Assembly: GCA_965198225.1 (NCBI GenBank)
Contig: CBDAOY010000003.1
Span: forward strand, 97,481 to 161,480
Reading direction: 5' to 3'
Length of the DNA stretch: 64,000 nt
DNA from: Terriglobia bacterium
Lineage (GTDB): Bacteria; Acidobacteriota; Terriglobia; 20CM-2-55-15
Shown: positions 63,108 to 64,000 of the stretch, in pieces
Layout of the letters: each line of letters begins with the position of its first letter
How positions within the stretch are numbered: position 1 is the stretch's first letter
Program-made: the position numbers and the translations under genes
The notes under the pieces: model-generated
Told to the model about the DNA's origin: nothing
Databases searched by the model: none
The model's input: only the letters and a program-made list of their open reading frames with translations

Positions 63108-63605
63108 TCATTTGCAATTAATTCCCCCCCAGATCGTTTGGGAATAGGCCATTCCCAATACGAGTGCAATAAGATTCGCTAGCAAAATCAAGGACCAGTA
63201 GAACCACAACCAGTATCTGAAGATGAAGTGTTGCGGTGTCTGACGGGCATCGTCACCGGAGATCTCACTACCACTACTGTAGAAACCGACACACGTAGCG
63301 CCGAGCAACTCTTCAATCTTTCCTAGCCGTTTGTGCAAATCAGTGGCGACGAAGTGGAGGAATATGGCTTTTGCGAGAAACAGCACACTCATGAGGCTCG
63401 GCAACCCCAAAACTACCTTGGACATTGAAGGGCTTTTTGCGCCAAGCGCCCAGGCCCAAATCGCAGCAGAAAAGATTAACGTGTAGTTCTGCAGCCATAC
63501 TTGTTGGGTTGTGAGCTGTCGATAGCGCGCCTGATGGGCCTCGTATTCGCTGATTAATAGTTGGGTCTTGTCGCTCAAGGGATCACGCCTGAGTTTCTTT
63601 GACAC
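63108..63605 (-). CDS. Integron cassette: small integral membrane hypothetical protein (165 aa)
   Basis: About three hydrophobic segments; GTG start overlaps the GTTAGGT core site; low GC. Confidence 0.75.
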   Translation of the reverse strand: MSKKLRRDPLSDKTQLLISEYEAHQARYRQLTTQQVWLQNYTLIFSAAIWAWALGAKSPSMSKVVLGLPSLMSVLFLAKAIFLHFVATDLHKRLGKIEELLGATCVGFYSSGSEISGDDARQTPQHFIFRYWLWFYWSLILLANLIALVLGMAYSQTIWGGINCK

Positions 63606-63641
63606 CTAACGTCAGCAATCAGCGGCCGGCGATAGCCGGGA
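63604..63641 (-). other. Half attC site 4 (L'-R' arm only), abutting an IS3-family end
   Basis: Minus strand tcccggctatcgccggccgctgattgctgac-GTTAGGT; the core is complementary to the ACCTAAC of attC 3. Confidence 0.72.
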
Positions 63642-64000
63642 GACTTCCTTCGAAAAAATGGACACCCAGAAGTTAGCTGAATGCGCACTCGAACTCCACT
63701 GGTGTCTTGTAACCCAATGAGGAGTGAAGGCGCTGTCGATTATAGAAACTCATATAAGAAGCAATCTCGCTGCGCAGCTCCCCGTCGCTGTTGAATGTGA
63801 ATCCGTGATACATGTCCGACTTCATGGACTTGAAAAAAGATTCCATATGGGCGTTGTCGTTGATCCGATGCGGCCGGTTTACGCTCTGAGTCATTCCCGC
63901 ACCTCCCAGACTACGCTTGAAGGCTGCAGCGAGATATTCCACCCCGCGATCGCTGTGAAACATCGTTCCAGCTCCCGGTGCGCGCGCACGGACCGCGTGC
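63642..64000 (-). mobile_element. IS3-family element, 3' part (transposase C-terminus, stop at 63673), running off the window
   Basis: FHSDRGVEY, DNAHMESFFKSMK and FYNRQRLHSSLGYKTP motifs; end-like GGGTGTCCATTTTTTCGAAGGAAGTC after the stop codon. Confidence 0.88.

Overview
GC-rich chromosomal window from a diderm, LPS-making bacterium (waaA present); gene content suggests Acidobacteriota, which is inference only. About 59 kb is housekeeping or accessory backbone: gap-pgk-tpiA-secG-tRNA-Leu(GAG), a copper TolC/multicopper-oxidase operon, a coupled DUF1460-GT2-DUF4922-SpoIID cell-wall operon, SPFH/RHH, M23 peptidase, YyaL/YtxJ, MFS/mpg, a CHASE2 cyclase with a FecR protein, uvrC, a three-domain RidA, a TAT-exported aminotransferase and lhr. 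Intergenic DNA is full of palindromic repeats and MITEs, and there are complete IS4 and IS5 elements. The ORF track misses a UGA-recoded (UxxC) peroxiredoxin-like selenoprotein, the waaA gene and a 52-aa ORF. The last ~4.8 kb is an integron cassette array on the minus strand (3 intact attC sites plus a half attC next to an IS3-family element; no integrase in the window). Its cassettes encode a small membrane protein, a tandem TIR-TIR protein split by an IS1182 insertion at CTAG, and a DUF4062 protein, making it a candidate anti-phage array. The IS1182 interval reads as a base-level mosaic of transposase and neighbouring cassette sequence, most likely a consensus artefact of a population polymorphic for the insertion. 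Several single-event gene disruptions may also be assembly errors.
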